Shown: piece by piece, positions 8,732 to 20,414 of the stretch
Layout of the letters: each line of letters begins with the position of its first letter
Position numbering within the stretch: position 1 is the stretch's first letter
Assembly (NCBI GenBank): GCA_963774575.1
Contig: CAVZFO010000021.1
Location: 7,315-71,314 of the forward strand
Direction: 5' to 3'
From: an uncultured Actinomycetota bacterium
GTDB lineage: Bacteria > Actinomycetota > Actinomycetes > Propionibacteriales > Nocardioidaceae
DNA: 64,000 bases
Notes under the pieces: generated by a model
What the model saw: the letters and a program-made list of their open reading frames with translations, nothing else
Told to the model about the DNA's origin: nothing
The model's database searches: none
Program-made: the position numbers and the translations under genes

Positions 8732-11727
8732 TCAGCCGGTGGGCTGGTGCCTGGCTGCCGCCGCCGCCGAGCCGACCCTGGTTCTGCTCGTTGAGGAGCT
8801 TGATGGCCTGGTCGACCTTCTGCGTGCCCTCCTCGGTGAGGGTCGCCCACTGGCCGACGTTGCCGGCCTCGAACGCGCGGTCGGCGGCCTCGAACGTCGG
8901 CCTGCGCGTCGGCGAGCAGGGTGCGTACCTGGGCCGAGATGTTGCCGGTGCCGCCGCCACCGTCGTTGGGTGGCGGGTTCCCGGTGTCGTCGGCGGCGGC
9001 GTCGTCGCCGTCTCGCCGCCGAGGACGCTGGTCGAGCGCCTCCTCGAGGGTGCTCGCCGATGCCGACCTTGTCGCCGTAGGAGACCAGCGACGTAGCGCA
9101 GGATCGGGTAGCTGGCGTCGGACAGCTGCCGAGCTGGCGTAGACCGGCTCGACGTACATCAGCCCGCCGCTCACCGGGAGGGTGAGCAGGTTGCCGTAGG
9201 TCACCGGGTGGCGCCGCTCTGGCTTGAACGGCAGCAGCTTCGCCGACACCGCTGGTCGGACTGCATCTCGTTGGCGATCCTGCCCGGGACCCGGCTGCTG
9301 CTCGTCGAGCAGGTGGAGCACCGTGATCTGGCCGTAGGTCTCCGGAGGTCGCGTCGGAGTCGACCGAGACGAACGCCGCGAGGTTGTTCTTGTGGTACGG
9401 CACGTAGATCGAGGTCGAGCGCGAAGTTCTCGTCCGGCGGTCGTCCGGGTCGCTGCACGAAGAGCCGGTACGGCGGCTGCAGGCTTGCCCGCGCGTTCGG
9501 GTCCTCGGGCACCTCCCAGCGGTCGTTGTCCTGGAACCAGGCGCCGGGGTCGGTGACGTGGTAGCGCGCGAACTGGTAGCGCTGCACCTTGAACAGGTCC
9601 TCGGGGTAGCGCAGGTGCTCGATCAGCTCGTCGGGGATGTCGGCCTTCGGCTTGCACGGTGCCGGGGAAGGCGCTGACGCCACGCCTTGAGGATCGGGTC
9701 CTGGTCGTCCCAGGCGTAGAGCGTGACGGTGCCGTCGTAGGCGTCGACGGTGGCCTTCACCGAGTTGCGCATGTAGTTGATCTCGTCGGTCGGCAGCGAT
9801 CGCGCAGCCCGTTGTCGGCCTGGAGCGAGTCGTCGGTCATCGTCTTGAACGACTCCTGCTCGCGCCGCGGGTAGCGGTCGGTGGTCGTGTAGCCGTCGAC
9901 GATCCAGACGATCCGGCCGTCGACGACCGCCGGGTAGGGGTCGTCGTCGAGGGTCAGCCACGGCGCGACCTTCTGCACCCGCTCGCGCGGGTCGCGGTTG
10001 TAGAGCACCTCGGAGTTCGCGTTGACCCGCTCGGAGAGCAGGAAGTTCGGGTCGCCGAACTTGATCGGCGTAGAGCAGCTGGCGGAACGTGCAGCCGACC
10101 GGGACGCCGCCCTTGCCGTCGTAGTCGTCGTCGGCGTCGCTGCTGCTCGTCGTCCGCCGCCGAGGTCGAGCTCGACGTCCGGCGCGCCGGGCAGCCTTGC
10201 CGACGATGGAGTAGTCCGGGCTGTCCTCGCCGAAGTAGACCCGGGTCTCGTAGCCGCCGATGGCCTTGGACAGCGCGTCCTGGCCGGCCTGCTGGCCCTC
10301 GCGCCCACTGGATCTTGTCGGTGCCGCTCGGCGCCGTCGTCGGTCGCGGTCGCGCTGGTTGGCGAACGCCGCGATGACCCGTTGCCGTGGGTGTAGACGG
10401 TGTGCAGGTTGGACCAGTTCTGGGCGTCGTCGGGCGAGCCGCTCTGGTCGAGCTCGCGCACGCCGAGCACCAGCGCCCGGTCGGTGCCGTTGATGTCGTA
10501 GCGGTCGACGTCGAGCACGTCGGCGACCGAGTAGTAGCCGCGCACCTGCTGGTTCTGCTCGAAGGCCTGGCGCACCAGCTGCGGGTCGACCAGCGGCATC
10601 GACGTGGTGTCGTCGAGCACGTCCTGACGGTCGGCCGCGGTGGCGCCGGTGCCGCCGGAGTAGGACTGGACCTCGACGTCCTGTCGATGTCGTACGCCGT
10701 CCGGGTGGCGGCGATGTTCTTCGCGATGTACGGCGCCTCCTTGTCCGGCCTCGGAGGGCTTGACCTGGAACTGCTGGACGATGCCCGGCCAGATCAGGCC
10801 GAGCAGGATCGCGGAGAGCACGAGCAGCGCCAGGCCCACCGAGGGCAGCAGCCAGGTGCGCCGCCAGACGTTGAGGAAGAACAGCACCGCGCAGATCACC
10901 GCGATGCCCATCAGGATGTTCTTGGCCGGCAGCACCGCGTTGTCGTCGGTGTAGGTGATGCCGGTCGATGCAGCGAGCCGGACCGGTGGCCAGGTCGTAG
11001 CGGTCGAGCCAGTAGTCGACCGCCTTGGCCAGCACGAAGAGGCCGAGCAGCACCGAGAGCTGCACCTGCGCGGCGCCGGACAGCCGGTCGCCGGGTGATC
11101 TGCAGCCGGATGCCGCCGTACAGGTAGTGCACGACGGCCGCGGCGAGCAGCGCGACCACCAGGGCACGCCATCACGAAGTCGACGAGGAAGTGGCACCAC
11201 GGCAGGTCGAAGACGAAGAAGCCGATGTCCTTGTCGAAGTAGGCGTCCTTGCGGTCGAACGGCACGCCGTTGCGCCACAGCAGGTAGGTGCGCCACTCCC
11301 CCGCGCCGGACGTGCCGGCGAAGAGGCCGAGCACGCACCGAGACGCCGACGACCAGCCAGGTGCGGATCGGCGTGACGGCCTGGCGGTAGCGGTCGAGGC
11401 CGGTCTGCTCGGGCGAGTGCGGCTGGAAGAAGCGGACGGAAGCCGGAAGGCGAGGTACATGTTGACGCCGACCGACGACCGCCATCAGCAGCGCCGAAGA
11501 CCAGGAACAGCCCGGTGCTTGGTCCAGAGCAGCTTGCTGAAGACGCGAGCCGAAGCCGCTCGGCGCGGTACCAGAGCCGGTCGGTGTAGAAGGACGCGAA
11601 CGTCGTCAGCGCGAAGAACGCGAGCACCAGCACAGACGCGGTGATCAGCAGGGCGCGCGAGCGGCTCGGCGGCCGACGTCGCGACGGCGGGCTCCTCGGG
11701 CACCTCGTCGTCGAAGAGGTCGCTCAC
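8732..11727 (-). CDS. UPF0182 family membrane protein (many frameshifts)
   Basis: [94 protein letters not shown]. Confidence 0.92.
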
Positions 11728-11740
11728 CGAAGGTCCTCTT

Positions 11741-12322
11741 TCAGTCCAGGCGCTTGGTCATCCCCGGGTCGGGGTCCTCGAGCGTGGCGCCCAGCAGCGC
11801 GAGCAGGCCGGGCACCAGGTCGGCGCCGCCGACGCACCGACTGGTCGTCGTCGTGCGGCGCGCAGCCGCAGGGCACAGTACGTCGCACCGGCGCGGGTGG
11901 CGCCCGCGACGATCCGCACCTCCTGGCGGTCCGGGTGCTCGCGGGCGTACGTCGTCGGCGCGGTCGGGTCCTCCGGCACTCGGTCGTCGGCGTCCGGCGG
12001 CAGCACCAGCCGCTCGACCACGGCCGCGCAGCCGGCCACGCCGGGCGGCCAGGTGATCGACTCGAGGGACCGCTCGAGGTCGGAGTCCGGCCCGATCGGG
12101 TCCTGCTCGACCGGCGTCAGCGAGCCCTCGGCCGCGGCTCGTCGAGCCCCATCGGCGTGCGCCAGGGCGGGCTCGCTGGCGCACCAGCTCGGCGGTGTCG
12201 ACCAGCGCGTAGAGCCGGGCCGGCTGGTCCCAGCCGCCGTCGGCGATGTGGCTCTCGATCTCGAGCACGGCCGCCGCGAGGGCGGGGTCGACGCCCTCGA
12301 TGAGGTCGTCCATCGTGCTCAT
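11741..12322 (-). CDS. PPA1309-family conserved actinobacterial protein (frameshifted)
   Basis: GWDQPARLYALVDT...GCAAVVERLVLPP...HPDRQEVRIVAG...DLVPGL; syntenic position. Confidence 0.8.
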   Translation of the reverse strand: MSTMDDLIEGVDPALAAAVLEIESHIADGGWDQPARLYALVDTAELVRQRARPGARRWGSTSRGRGLADAGRAGPDRAGLRPRAVPRVDHLAARRGRLRGRGRAAGAAAGRRRPSAGGPDRADDVRPRAPGPPGGADRRGRHPRRCDVLCPAAARRTTTTSRCVGGADLVPGLLALLGATLEDPDPGMTKRLD

Positions 12323-13395
12323 CCCTGGGCCTCCGCGGTCGTCGTCGTGCAGGTCGGCAGGTCGGCGTCGGGGTTCTTCGACCCACTTCTCGACCGCCTG
12401 CACGGCTGCATGCATGGTGACCGCCTTCACCAGCCGCATGTCGCCGTTGTGGGCGCCGAGGGCGTCGTCGCAGTTGTCCGGCGGGCACCAGGAAGAGCTG
12501 CGCGCCGGCCTCGCGGGCGCCGACGATCTTCTGCTGGATGCCGCCGATCGGGCCGACGTTGCCCTGCGTCGTCGATGGTGCCGGTGCCGGCGACGCGTCG
12601 CCGCCGGTGAGCGAGCCCGGGGTCAGGGTGTCGTAGATGCCCAGCGAGAACATCAGCCCCGCGCTCGGGCCGCCGATGTTGTCGCTGATGTTGACCGAGA
12701 CGTCGAAGGGGAAGCGTAGCCGGTCCCGATCCGGATGCCGACGCGCTGGTGGCCGTCGATCACCGTCGGCGTGATCTCGGTCTCCACGACCTTGCCGTCC
12801 TTCCCGTCGCGGCGGACCTTCCAGGGGATCGGCTTGCCGGGGGGCGCCTCGCTGACGGCCTTGGCCACGTCGTCGGCGGACTCGATCGGGATGCCGCCGA
12901 CCTCCAGCAGGATGTCGCGCACCTCGAGCTTGCCGTCGGCCGGCGTGCCCGGCGTGACGGCGGCGACCTCGATGACCGGCGTGACGGTGTAGCCGAGCTC
13001 CTCGCAGCGCGGCGGCGGTCGCCGCGTCCTGCGAGGAGACCATCTCGACCTGGCCCTCGCTCGCGGTTCTGCTCGGGCGTGGAGTCGACCTGGTAGACCG
13101 CGTCGTACGGGTAGACCGCGTCCTCCGGGTTGACCCACGCGGTCATCAGCGTGAACAGGTCGATCCGCGCGGCCACGGTGGAGACCAGCACCGTGGTCAT
13201 CCGGAGCTGGCCGTCGTCGCGGTAGGTCTTGTGGCCGGTGACCTGGATGATCTCCTTGCCGTCCTTCTCGCCCAGGACGTTGAGCGTGGGACCGGGCTCG
13301 TAGGTGACGTAGGGCAGCGGCTTGAACACCGCGAAAGCGACCAGCACACCCAGCAGCAGCACGGCCACGAGGCCGGCCAGGGTCCGCTGCGTCAT
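12319..13395 (-). CDS. PDZ-domain Lon-like (S16) protease, YlbL-type (frameshifted)
   Basis: PYVTYEPGPT, GQLRMTTV, IGGPSAGLMFSLGIYD, VGPIGGIQQKIVGA. Confidence 0.9.
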
Positions 13396-13422
13396 GCGGG
13401 CAAGCCTCTCACCCGGCAGAAG

Positions 13423-13739
13423 TCAGGACGCGCGACGGGTCTGCCCGCCCTCGTCGAGGTCCGCGCCGCCCATCTCGCGCGCCGGATCGGCGGCGGTCTC
13501 GCGGGCCGGCTCGGACGCGTGGCGGAGGGCCGGACCGCGATGCCGGTGCTGCGGTCGCGCACCGGAGCCGGCCGCGGCTGGCCGACGACCGGGTGTTCCT
13601 TGCCCATCGCGCGGGCCAGCCGGCGCACCGCCTCCTCGCGGTCGACCTCGCCCCGGCCCGCCCGGCCCAGCCAGGACACCCACAGCATCGCGAGCACCGT
13701 CACGACGGCGGGCGGCACCAGCCAGAGCAGGATCTCCAC
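13423..13739 (-). CDS. Small membrane protein, hypothetical
   Basis: MEILLWLVPPAVVTVLAMLWVSW...RDRSTGIAVR, with TACCCT -10 just upstream. End uncertain. Confidence 0.6.
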
Positions 13740-13774
13740 GCAGCCAGGGTAGGGACGGCGTCGGCCGCTCCGGC

Positions 13775-14196
13775 CTAGGGCGCGCCGACCCACTCCTCGG
13801 TGCCGTCGGCGAAGGACTGGTGCTTCCAGATCGGCACCTCGTCCTTGAGGGTGTCGATCAGCGCACGGGTGGCCTCGAACGCCTCGCCGCGGTGGCCGGT
13901 GGCGGTGGCGCAGATGACCGCGATGTCGCCGATGGCCAGCGGGCCGGTGCGGTGCACGGCGGCCAGGGCCGTGACGTCGTACGTCGAGGCGACCTGCGCG
14001 CAGACGTCGCGCAGCCTCTCGAGGCGCTGGGGTGGGCGGAGTACTCCAGCGCGGTGACGTCCTGCCCGCCGTCGTGGTCGCGGACCCGGCCCACGAACAC
14101 GGTCACGCCGCCCGAGGCCTCGTCGTCGAGGGCGGCCATCACCTCGCCCACGTCGAGGGGGCTCTCTCGGATGTCGACCAGGCGCAGCACGTCCAC
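13775..14196 (-). CDS. moaE: Molybdopterin synthase catalytic subunit (frameshifted)
   Basis: GGVTVFVGRVRDHDGG...LEYSAHP / VHRTGPLAIGD...HRGEAF...LKDEVPIWKHQ. Confidence 0.92.
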
Positions 14197-14273
14197 GGGT
14201 CACAGGCTAGGGCGAGTTCAGCCCAGCGCGATTTGCTGGGGTCGGCCTGGGGGCAAGGCCGTACCGTGGAGGC

Positions 14274-15679
14274 ATGAGCACCCCAGGTGACCCGCGCGAC
14301 GAGGGCCCCGAGGACAACGAGGACGCCAACCCGTTCAAGGGCACCCCGTTCGAGCAGTTCTTCACCGGCGGCGGCCTGGGCAACCTGGGCGCGATCTTCG
14401 GCACCCCGGGCGCCGGCGGCGCGGGGATGCCCGACCTCGGCGCCCTGTTCGGGCAGATCCAGGCGATGATGCAGCCCTACGACGGCCCGCTCAACTGGGA
14501 CGTCGCCACCGACATGGCCCGCAAGGCGGTGGCGCAGGAGAAGGACCCGTCGCCCACGCCCAAGCAGCAGGAGCAGGTGGCCGACGCGGTGCGGCTGGCC
14601 GACCTGTGGCTCGACGAGACCACCGAGTTCCCCTCCGGCGTGCAGTCCACGGCCGCCTGGAGCCGGGCCGAGTGGATCGTCGGCACCATCGACCGCTGGA
14701 AGCGGCTGGTCGAGCCGATCGCCGTCTCGTCGGTGGCCGGCATCGGCAACGCGTTCCCGGGCGGCGAGGCCCAGGCCATGGCCGGCCCGATCGTCGGGAT
14801 GCTCGGCAAGGCGGTCGGCGCGATGCTCGCCTCCCAGGTCGGCTCGGGCCTCGGCGCCCTGGCCGGCGAGGTGCTCAGCGCCTCCGACGTCGGGCTGCCG
14901 CTGGGCGCCCCCGGCAAGGCGGCGCTGGTCGTCGAGAACGTCAAGGACTTCGCCGCAGGGCTCGACGTCGGCGAGGAGGACGTGCTGCTCTACCTCGCCC
15001 TGCGCGAGGCCGCGCACCAGCGGCTCTTCGCCCACGTGCCGTGGCTGCGCGAGCACCTGCTCGGCGCCGTCGCCGACTACGCCAACGGCATCGAGATCAA
15101 CACCGCCAACCTCCAGAGCTCGCTGGAGGAGAAGATGCGCGGCATCGACATGACCAACCCCGAGTCGATGCGGGAGCTGATGGAGGGCGGCATGTTCGAC
15201 CTCGAGAAGTCGCCCGCCCAGCAGGCCGCGCTCGAGCGGCTCGAGATCACCCTGGCCCTGGTCGAGGGCTGGGTCGACGAGGTCGTCGGCCAGGCCACCG
15301 TCGAGCGGATGCCCACCGCCGCCAAGCTCCAGGAGGCCGTACGCCGCCGCCGCGCGGCCGGCGGTCCCGCCGAGGAGACCTTCTCCGCGCTCGTCGGCCT
15401 GGAGCTGCGGCCGCGCCGGCTGCGCGACGCCTCCACGCTGTGGGGCGCGCTGCGCACCCGCCAGGGACGGAGGCCCGCGACGGCGTCTGGATGAGCCCCG
15501 CGCTGCTGCCGACCGCCGCCGACCTCGACGACCCGCTCGGCTTCCGTGAGGGCGCGTCGACTCCCGAGGAGATGACCGAGGAGGACTTCGACGCCGCGCT
15601 CCAGCGGATGCTCGACGGCGACGAACCGACCGCGGACGACGACGAGGGGCACGTCGGCTCCGACGACTCGCCGGAGTGA
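14274..15679 (+). CDS. Zinc-dependent metalloprotease-like hydrolase (DUF2342/Rv3195-like)
   Basis: YLALREAAHQRLF, LALVEGWV, RRRAAGGPAEETF, LELRPRRLR; one late frameshift. Confidence 0.88.
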
Positions 15680-16233
15680 CCCTCGCCCCTCCGCTGCACG
15701 CCGACGCGCTGGCGACGCTGCGCGGCTGGTCCGCGCCGTCGCCGGCCCAGGAGGCGTTGCGGGCCCGCTACGTCGCCCACCTCGAGGCGCGCCCCGACGG
15801 CCTCGAGCGGCGCTGCTTCCCCGACCACCTGACCGCCGGGACGCTCGTGGTCGCGGAGTCCGGCGACGCGGTGCTGCTCAACCTGCACCGCAAGGCCCGG
15901 CGCTGGTTCGCGTTCGGCGGTCACTTCGAGCCCGGCGACGCGACCCTGTCCGGGGCCGCCCTTCGTGAGGCGCGCGAGGAGTCGGGGCTGGCCGACCTCG
16001 ACCTGCACCCCGAGCCGGTGCACCTCGACGAGCACGTCGTCGACTTCTGCGACCCTCGCGGAGAGGTCCACCACCTCGACGTCAGGTACGCCGCCCGCGC
16101 ACCGGCCGGCGGCCGTCACGCGGTCAGCGAGGAGTCCCTCGACGTGCGCTGGTGGCCGGTCGCCGGTCTGCCCGACGGCCTCGAGGACGAGATGGTGACG
16201 CTGATCCACCTCGCCCGGGAACGGCTCTGTTGA
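15676..16233 (+). CDS. NUDIX hydrolase
   Basis: Nudix box GGHFEPGDATLSGAALREAREESG. Confidence 0.9.
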   Translation: MTLAPPLHADALATLRGWSAPSPAQEALRARYVAHLEARPDGLERRCFPDHLTAGTLVVAESGDAVLLNLHRKARRWFAFGGHFEPGDATLSGAALREAREESGLADLDLHPEPVHLDEHVVDFCDPRGEVHHLDVRYAARAPAGGRHAVSEESLDVRWWPVAGLPDGLEDEMVTLIHLARERLC

Positions 16234-16240
16234 GCGGGAT

Positions 16241-17124
16241 TCAGAGCAGCTGGCGCATCCGGTAGACGCCGTAGGTGACCTGGTAGCCCAGCTCGGCGTT
16301 GAGCCGGCGGATGCCGTCGTTGTGCTCCTCGTTGTCGGTGCCGAGGGCCGGATGCCGAGGCGCCGCCGCCCGGTGGTGCACGTCCTCCTTGACCAGCCGG
16401 CCGAGCCCGCGGCCGCGGAACCTCGGGTCCACGCCGGTGTAGCCGACGCCCCCGCTGTCTCCGCCGTCCTCGACGATGGCGAAGGCGATCGCGGCGGGCA
16501 CCCCGTCGACCCGGGCCAGGCTGCCCAGGCTCCGCTCGCCGGGGAACGCCCAGTGGGTCATCTCCTCGATGCGTCATCACGTGGTTGTTGCGGGCCTCGG
16601 GGTTGGTCTGGCTCGCCGTGAACATCGCCTCCACCGCGTCGGCGTCGTCGAACGCCAGGTCGTCGGCGGCCTCGAGGGTGACCCCGTCAGGCGGTGACGG
16701 ACGGGTCGACGTCGACGAGCTCCAGACGACTGGTGATCGAGCGCTGCACGATCTCGAAGCCCCAGTGCTCGGCGACCGCGAGCGCGCGCGGGTCGTCGTC
16801 GAAGACGCGGGTGCGCAGGTCCGTGGTCGTCGACGGCTGGGCGGCCCGGCATCGGTCGTAGAGACGGCGACCCAGGCCGGCGCCTTCGTGCGTGGCGGCC
16901 ACGAGCACCAGCATCTGGTGCTGGCCCTCCGGTGTGCCCGCGGGCGCACCCGAGAAGCCGAAACCCACCAGAGCGTCGCCCTCGGCGGCCACCAGGAACG
17001 TGTCCAGGTCGAAGGCACCCGTGAAGAGACCATCCACCAGCCAGGGCTCGAGGTGCGGGCAGCGTTCGCTCGCGAGGGCGGCGACCCCGGACCGGTCGGC
17101 CGGCCCGGCCTCGCGGAGGTCCAT
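16241..17124 (-). CDS. Tandem GNAT N-acetyltransferase (frameshifted)
   Basis: HEGAGLGRRL and YTGVDPRFRGRGLGRLVK...TDNEEHNDGIRRLNAELGY. Confidence 0.8.
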
Positions 17125-17126
17125 CG

Positions 17127-17657
17127 TCAGTCGACGTCGTCGCCGGGCGGGGTCTCCACCCTGGCGGCGGCGGACCAGCCGAGCAGGTAGCCCTTGGCCC
17201 TCTCGGCCTGCGGGTAGCGGTCGACCCAGGCCCAGAACGCCGCGTCGTGGCCGGGCTCGAGCAGGTGGGCGAGCTCGTGCACGAGCACGTAGTCGATGAC
17301 CCAGGACGGCATGCCCTGCAGCCGCGCGGACAGCCGGATCGTCCGGTCGCCGGGCGTGCAGGAACCCCAGCGGGACCGCTGGTTGTCCACCCAGCGCACC
17401 GACACGGGCTGGGCCAGGCCGCCGAGGTACTCGTCGCTGAGCGCGGCGGCGCGCGCGTGCAGGTCCTCGTCGGTGGGTCGCCGCCGGCGCTCGGACTTCT
17501 CGATCCGCGCGACCATGGTCTCGACCCACTCGGCCTCCTGCCGACGGGTCAGCGAGGCCGGGATCAGCACGATGATGCGGTCGCCCTCGCGGTAGGCCGA
17601 GACCGTGCGGCGACGGCGCTTGGAGCGGCGTACCTCGACCTCGGCGTCCGGGGGCAT
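17127..17657 (-). CDS. YgjP/DUF45 (M48-like) metal-dependent hydrolase
   Basis: RWGSCTP...IDYVLVHELAHL...HDAAFW. Confidence 0.9.
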   Translation of the reverse strand: MPPDAEVEVRRSKRRRRTVSAYREGDRIIVLIPASLTRRQEAEWVETMVARIEKSERRRRPTDEDLHARAAALSDEYLGGLAQPVSVRWVDNQRSRWGSCTPGDRTIRLSARLQGMPSWVIDYVLVHELAHLLEPGHDAAFWAWVDRYPQAERAKGYLLGWSAAARVETPPGDDVD

Positions 17658-17696
17658 GGGGTCACCGTAACTCCCCGCGCCCACCAGCGGCACGGA

Positions 17697-18772
17697 TCAG
17701 GGGTTGGCCCACGCCAGCAGCCGGTCGCGCGGCCAGGTGTTGACGATCCGGTCGGGCTCGATGCCGGCGGCGTCGCGCGTTCGCAGCCGTACTGGAGGAA
17801 GTCGAGCTGGCCGGGCGCGTGGGCGTCGCTGTCGATCGAGAACAGGCAGCCGAGGTCGCGGGCCAGCTCGAGCAGCCGGGTCGGCGGGTCGCGACGCTCG
17901 GGTCGGGAGTTGATCTCGACGGCCACGTCGTGCTCGACGCAGGCCTTGAAGACGGCCTTCGCGTCGAAGGTCGACGGCGGCCGGGTGCCGCGGTTGCCCA
18001 TCACCATCCGGCCGGTGCAGTGGCCGAGCACGTTGATCCGCGGGTTGCGGATCGCGCCGATCATCCGCCGCGTCATCGGCGGCGCCGTCCATCCGCAGCT
18101 TGGAGTGCACGCTGGCCACGCGGACGTCGAGCCGGGCCAGCAGCTCGTCGGTCTGGTCGAGGCTGCCGTCGTCGAGGATGTCGACCTCGATGCCCTTGAG
18201 CAGGGTGAAGCCCTGCCCGGCCAGGTGGTCGTTGATCGCGTCGACGACGCCGAGCTGCCGGGTCAGCCGCTCGACGCTGAGCCCGTTGGCGACGGTGAGC
18301 CGCGGCGAGTGGTCGGTGAGCACCAGGTACTCGTGGCCGAGCTCGATCGCGGTGAACGCCATCTCCTCGATCGGCGAGCCGCCGTCGGACCAGTCCGAGT
18401 GCGAGTGCAGGTCGCCGCGCAGCCGGCCGCGCAGCTCCTCGCCGCCCTGGACCAGCGGCCCGAACGTGCCGCCTCCAGCTTGGCCAGCCGCTCCGGCAGC
18501 ACGCCGCGCACGGCGTCGCTGATCACCCTCGCGGTGCTCGGCGCCGATGCCGGCGAGGTCGGTCAGGGTGCCGGCCTCGACCCGCGCGGCGACCTCGTCG
18601 GCCGGCAGCGGCAGGATCACGGCGGCGGCGTTGCGGAACGCCTTGACCGGTAGGTGTCCTCGCGGCCGCGCTCGAGCAGGAAGGCGATCCGGCGCAGCGC
18701 GGCGACCGGGCCGCCCGTCGTACGCCTCGTCCGAGTGCCCGCCGATCCGCCTCGAACTTTCTTTTCGTCCAC
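17697..18772 (-). CDS. PHP-domain protein with PolX-like N-terminal HhH (frameshifted, start uncertain)
   Basis: ALRRIAFLLER, GDLHSHSDWSDGGS, LTDHSPRL, GIEVDIL, VEINSRPERRDPP, IDSDAHAPGQL. Confidence 0.85.
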
Positions 18773-18836
18773 ACCCGGTGGATCCGACGCCATCGTCGCT
18801 GGTCAGCGCGCCGGTACGGCGCCCGGACGCCGTGCG

Positions 18837-18931
18837 TCGTCCACAGGCCGGGCCGTCCCGAGGCTACCTGTCCACCGCTCCTGCACCGCCGTACCCGGGT
18901 TGTCCACAGAGTTATCCACAGGCTGTCCACA
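18837..18931 (+). promoter_or_regulatory. Cluster of DnaA-box-like 9-mers
   Basis: TTGTCCACA 18900, TTATCCACA 18912, CTGTCCACA 18923; weaker TCGTCCACA 18837 and CTGTCCACC 18868. Confidence 0.7.
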
Positions 18932-18994
18932 GGCGACGGCCGGTCACCCCCGCCGCGTTGACCCCGTCGCCGCGCCGCCTCCTAGCGTGGCGCG

Positions 18995-19082
18995 CAGACG
19001 GGGCTCCCGGTCCGTCGAAGTGACGTTCGCAAGGGGAAGGCAAGCGTCGCGGACCAGGCAGGGGGCCTCTTCTTCCTGCCCG
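18995..19082 (+). ncRNA. Candidate small RNA
   Basis: TTGACC-N19-TAGCGT promoter with no + strand gene downstream; stem GGTCCG..CGGACC and 3' hairpin GGCAGGGGG..CTTCCTGCC. Confidence 0.35.
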
Positions 19083-19100
19083 CGGCCCGGCGGTTGCGGG

Positions 19101-19901
19101 TCAGCGGCCCCGGAACGCCGGCGGCCGCTTCTCGCGGGCGGCGCGGATCCCCTCCTGGAGGTCCTCGGTCGCCAGCGTGATCGGCTGGGCCAGCGCCTCC
19201 CACTGCAGGCGGCCTCGAGGTCGGCGTGGCCGCCGTCCGCGCAGCGCGAGCTTGGTCAGCCGGCTGGCGATCGGCGCGGTCGCCGCGATCGCCCGCGGCG
19301 GTCGCGAGCACCTCGTCGCGGAACGACTCGTCGGCTCGATGCACCCGCGAGACCAGGCCCAGCCGCAGCGCCTCGTCGGCGTCGACCATCCGGCCGGTGA
19401 GCAGCAGGTCGCGGGCGTGCGCCGCGCCCGACCGACGTCCGGCAGCAGGTAGGTGGCGGCCATGCCCGGGTGCATGCCGAGCCGCACGAACGGCGACGCC
19501 CAGGCTGGCGCCGGGCGCGGCGTACCGGAGGTCGCAGGCCAGCGCGAGGCACAGCCCGGCGCCGATCGCGGCCCCGTTGACCGCGGCGATCGTCGGCACC
19601 TCGAGGCGGCGGATCGAGAGCCAGGCGCGGTAGAACGGCAGCATCCGGGTGCGCAGGTCGTCGACCGTGGCGTCCGGCTCGCTGGCGATCCACGACGTGT
19701 TGCCGCCGGAGCAGAACGCCGAGCCCTCCCCGGTCACCACGACGCGCGCACCGACCGGTCGGCGGCCAGCTCGTCGATCGCGCGCGACCCACGAGGCGGT
19801 CATCTCGTCCGACATCGCGTTGCGCTGGTCGGGGTTGTCGAGGGTCAGCAGGGCGACGCCGTCGGAGGGTCGCTCGAGGCGCAGGTGGGTGAGCCGGTCA
19901 T
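19101..19901 (-). CDS. Enoyl-CoA hydratase/isomerase (frameshifted)
   Basis: LLTLDNPDQRNAM, AFCSGG, PTIAAVNGAAIGAGLCLALACDLR, DLQEGIRAAREKRPPAF. Confidence 0.9.
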
Positions 19902-20114
19902 GCGCGCAGGCTACTGACCGGGCGCGCCGGATCGCTGTGAGCCGTTTCACGCCGGAAATGCCGCTCGACGCCGTTCCGGTGCGCCTGTCTCACGCTCAGA
20001 CGCGCGTGTCGTAGGGTCGAGACGGCTCGGCGGCACCTACCGCTGGACTCCGGCGGGCTTCCCCCACGAAACCCCGTCGCGACGACCGAGAACGAGATAG
20101 GCAAGGAGGCCGTC

Positions 20115-20273
20115 ATGGCGGAGACCTGGAGCGGCGAGTTCTACTGCGTGAAGTGCAAGGAGAAGCGCGAGGCCGAGGGCGAGGTCAGGGTGAACGACAA
20201 GGGCACCCGGATGGCCAAGGCCGTCTGCCCCGTGTGCGGCACCAACCTCAACCGCATCCTCGGCAAGGCCTGA
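20115..20273 (+). CDS. Small zinc-ribbon protein (DUF5679-like), 52 aa
   Basis: AAGGAGG RBS; MAETWSGEFYCVKCKEKREAEGEVRVNDKGTRMAKAVCPVCGTNLNRILGKA. Confidence 0.85.
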   Translation: MAETWSGEFYCVKCKEKREAEGEVRVNDKGTRMAKAVCPVCGTNLNRILGKA

Positions 20274-20414
20274 GCACCCCCACTCGTGACGCGACGGCGT
20301 CGCCCGACCTCGGTCGGGCGGCGCCGTCGTCACGCGTGCCCGGGTCGCCGCGGTCCCGACTGCGCCTGTGGAGGGTGCGCCCCGCCGCCGGCCGCGCCGT
20401 GGCAGCGTGCCGCC

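Noticed and set aside
18752-18768. LexA/SOS box TCGAAC-N4-GTTCGA near the PHP gene start
   Set aside because: The right half-site is poor (TTTTCG) and the spacing is off.
18837-18931. Chromosomal oriC
   Set aside because: No dnaA/dnaN neighbours, no AT-rich unwinding element, and too few boxes.
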